From: Pavona decussata
Lineage: Eukaryota
Reading direction: 5' to 3'
Assembly (NCBI GenBank): GCA_977016875.1
Contig: CDRNST010000051.1
Location: 5,456,001-5,520,000, forward strand
DNA length: 64,000 bases
Each line of letters opens with the position of its first letter. Within the stretch, counting starts at the first letter, position 1. The notes beneath the pieces are model-generated. The model was not told where the DNA came from and ran no database searches. It worked only from the letters and a program-made list of their open reading frames with translations. A program made the position numbers and the translations under genes. Positions 62,501 to 64,000 of this stretch are shown here, in pieces.

Positions 62501-63084
62501 GTGAATAACAACAACAACAAAAAATATGTTTTGTGCTTTAACGCTGTCAACAGACTGACTTTCGTTCAAGGTGCTAGAATGCACAGAAACGCCCTGGGGA
62601 GGGTAGTACTAATTAATTATTAACTAGTTAATAATTAACAACATAATGTTTACATTTTCAAAATGCTCGTTTCCAAAAACGAGCAAGCTGTAATATAATG
62701 CTGGATCAAATAGAACATTGACCAGACTGACAGGCTGACAGTCCAGTACCATGTGGCCTAAGGGGCAGTGGTAAAAAGGAGAGCAAAAGGAGGAGGGGTT
62801 ACCTCAGAATGCGGTTACACTCGCAGGATTTTTTCGCTTTATTTTTCCAGCGAGGATTGTTGAGGGGGACCATCCACATTTTCCAGGAAGACGAATTTTA
62901 TTCCCAGCAACACGAAAATGACATTTTTCCCAGCTAGTTTTGCCAGTGAGAATCAGCCAGCCACTAAATATGTAAAATGAAGCAAAGACCCAGCAAGCTA
63001 AATGGCTTTAGTGACATGATGCCAGCCAGGGATGAAAGGGGTGGAGAGCGGTTATTTCTGAAGAGCGGTTCATTGGGTACCCCT

Positions 63085-63270
63085 GCTCATTGGCTTCCCA
63101 GTACTTTAAATGTTCTGAAATCGATCGTAGGAGTCTCTTTATGTCGAGAGTGGTCGAAATATTGTTCAAACGCTTGTCTACCACACTAATCACAGAATAC
63201 AAGCTAAATTTGCTCTTTGAATGACTATTACTGAACCACAATTTAATCAGCAGCTTTTGTACCCCATAAT
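63085..63270 (-). mobile_element. CACTA/EnSpm transposase internal fragment
   Basis: GVQKLLIKLWFSNSHSKSKFSL...VDKRLNNI...IKRLLRSISEHLKYWEANE matches the LGV.K....LWF...D.RL...R.PRSI....WKA.E motif. Confidence 0.75.
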
Positions 63271-64000
63271 GACTCTTGCATGAGTTGCCACTCGACAGTT
63301 TTGAAATGCGTTGAGAAGCTATTGGTAAGCACCATCATCATCTCCCACGTTAACAATTAAGCTTTCCTCGCAGATATGATCCGGTCCTTTTCTTCCACAA
63401 AATCCCCACACTTTGTCTGTGTCTGACTTGTACTCTGGTCGGGGGATAATTGCAGTCTCATCCTCTGCCTTGATGTACAGAACTGGTATGGTGCTCAGAG
63501 ACATCATATCCTTTGCATTTTTGTACAGCTTAGCAATAGTTTTAATGTTTTGCTTATATCCACCCAACACATACGTTATTGCATTGTCATTTCTCCAAAC
63601 CATTGGAGAATGTACGTTCAGACCATCTAGGTTTTGAGAAACAAAATCACACAAACGTAGCCCTCCCATCTTCAACAAGACCTCGTAAAAGTCTTTTGAA
63701 GTAGCGCTGGATCTTTTTCCTTTCTACTTTTTGCAAAGGTTTTGGGAAATTGTATCCAAAATGTTCACTAGCCCTGCCTTTTCTTTTAGTTTTCCTTCTT
63801 TGTGCGCTTTGGCGATGTTAACCAATGCAGTGATGTCGCCTCCTGGAAAATTCTTTACTCAAAAATTCGCTACTCAACAAAAAGACTTGAGACCTGCAGC
63901 ATTCAAGTTGCTCTTTAGTTTCTCTGAGTTTGAGTAACAACTGATCCCTTGGCAAATAAGTAAAATTTGTTTTGCTTATGTCAGTTTCATTAGAATCACT
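63271..64000 (-). mobile_element. Second P-superfamily-like transposase fragment (continues beyond the window)
   Basis: KDFYEVLLKMGGLRLCDFVSQNLDG...KAEDETAIIPRPEYKSDTDKVWGFCG matches the P/THAP9 first-Asp motif DExAI....(Y/W)D......G(F/Y). Confidence 0.65.

Noticed and set aside
59600-62900. Short ORFs in AT-rich sequence
   Set aside because: No motifs or consistent splice structure recognised; only scattered MITE-like remnants.

Overview
AT-rich eukaryotic (animal) genomic DNA with GT-AG introns. I found no intact host gene, rRNA, tRNA or CRISPR array. The repeat families look like those of a cnidarian, probably a stony coral (inference from pattern recognition only). The window is a dense, nested transposon graveyard containing: a CACTA/EnSpm transposase head-to-head with a BEN-like gene; AcademX and AcademH remnants; Penelope-like elements, one with a minimal hammerhead ribozyme; MULE; IS3EU-like; two Harbinger copies; a spliced C2H2-finger/vOTU/protein-primed PolB (Maverick-like) gene; a multi-exon Sola-type transposase with a divergent partner gene; two Sola3-type elements with long TIRs and TTAA duplications; piggyBac; Gypsy; LINE pieces; and two P-superfamily-like transposases. 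The most unusual element is a decayed ~5.6 kb P-like transposase gene (50.8-56.4 kb, minus strand). It has no visible THAP finger but appears to carry tandem RFX-like winged helices, a TTF-like Zn finger and a C-terminal chromodomain. TE coding fragments are strongly minus-strand biased (16 of 21; 9 of 9 after 39 kb), as expected for a uni-strand piRNA-cluster-like locus. All family assignments come from motifs read by eye. No database search was run, and the ends of decayed elements are approximate.
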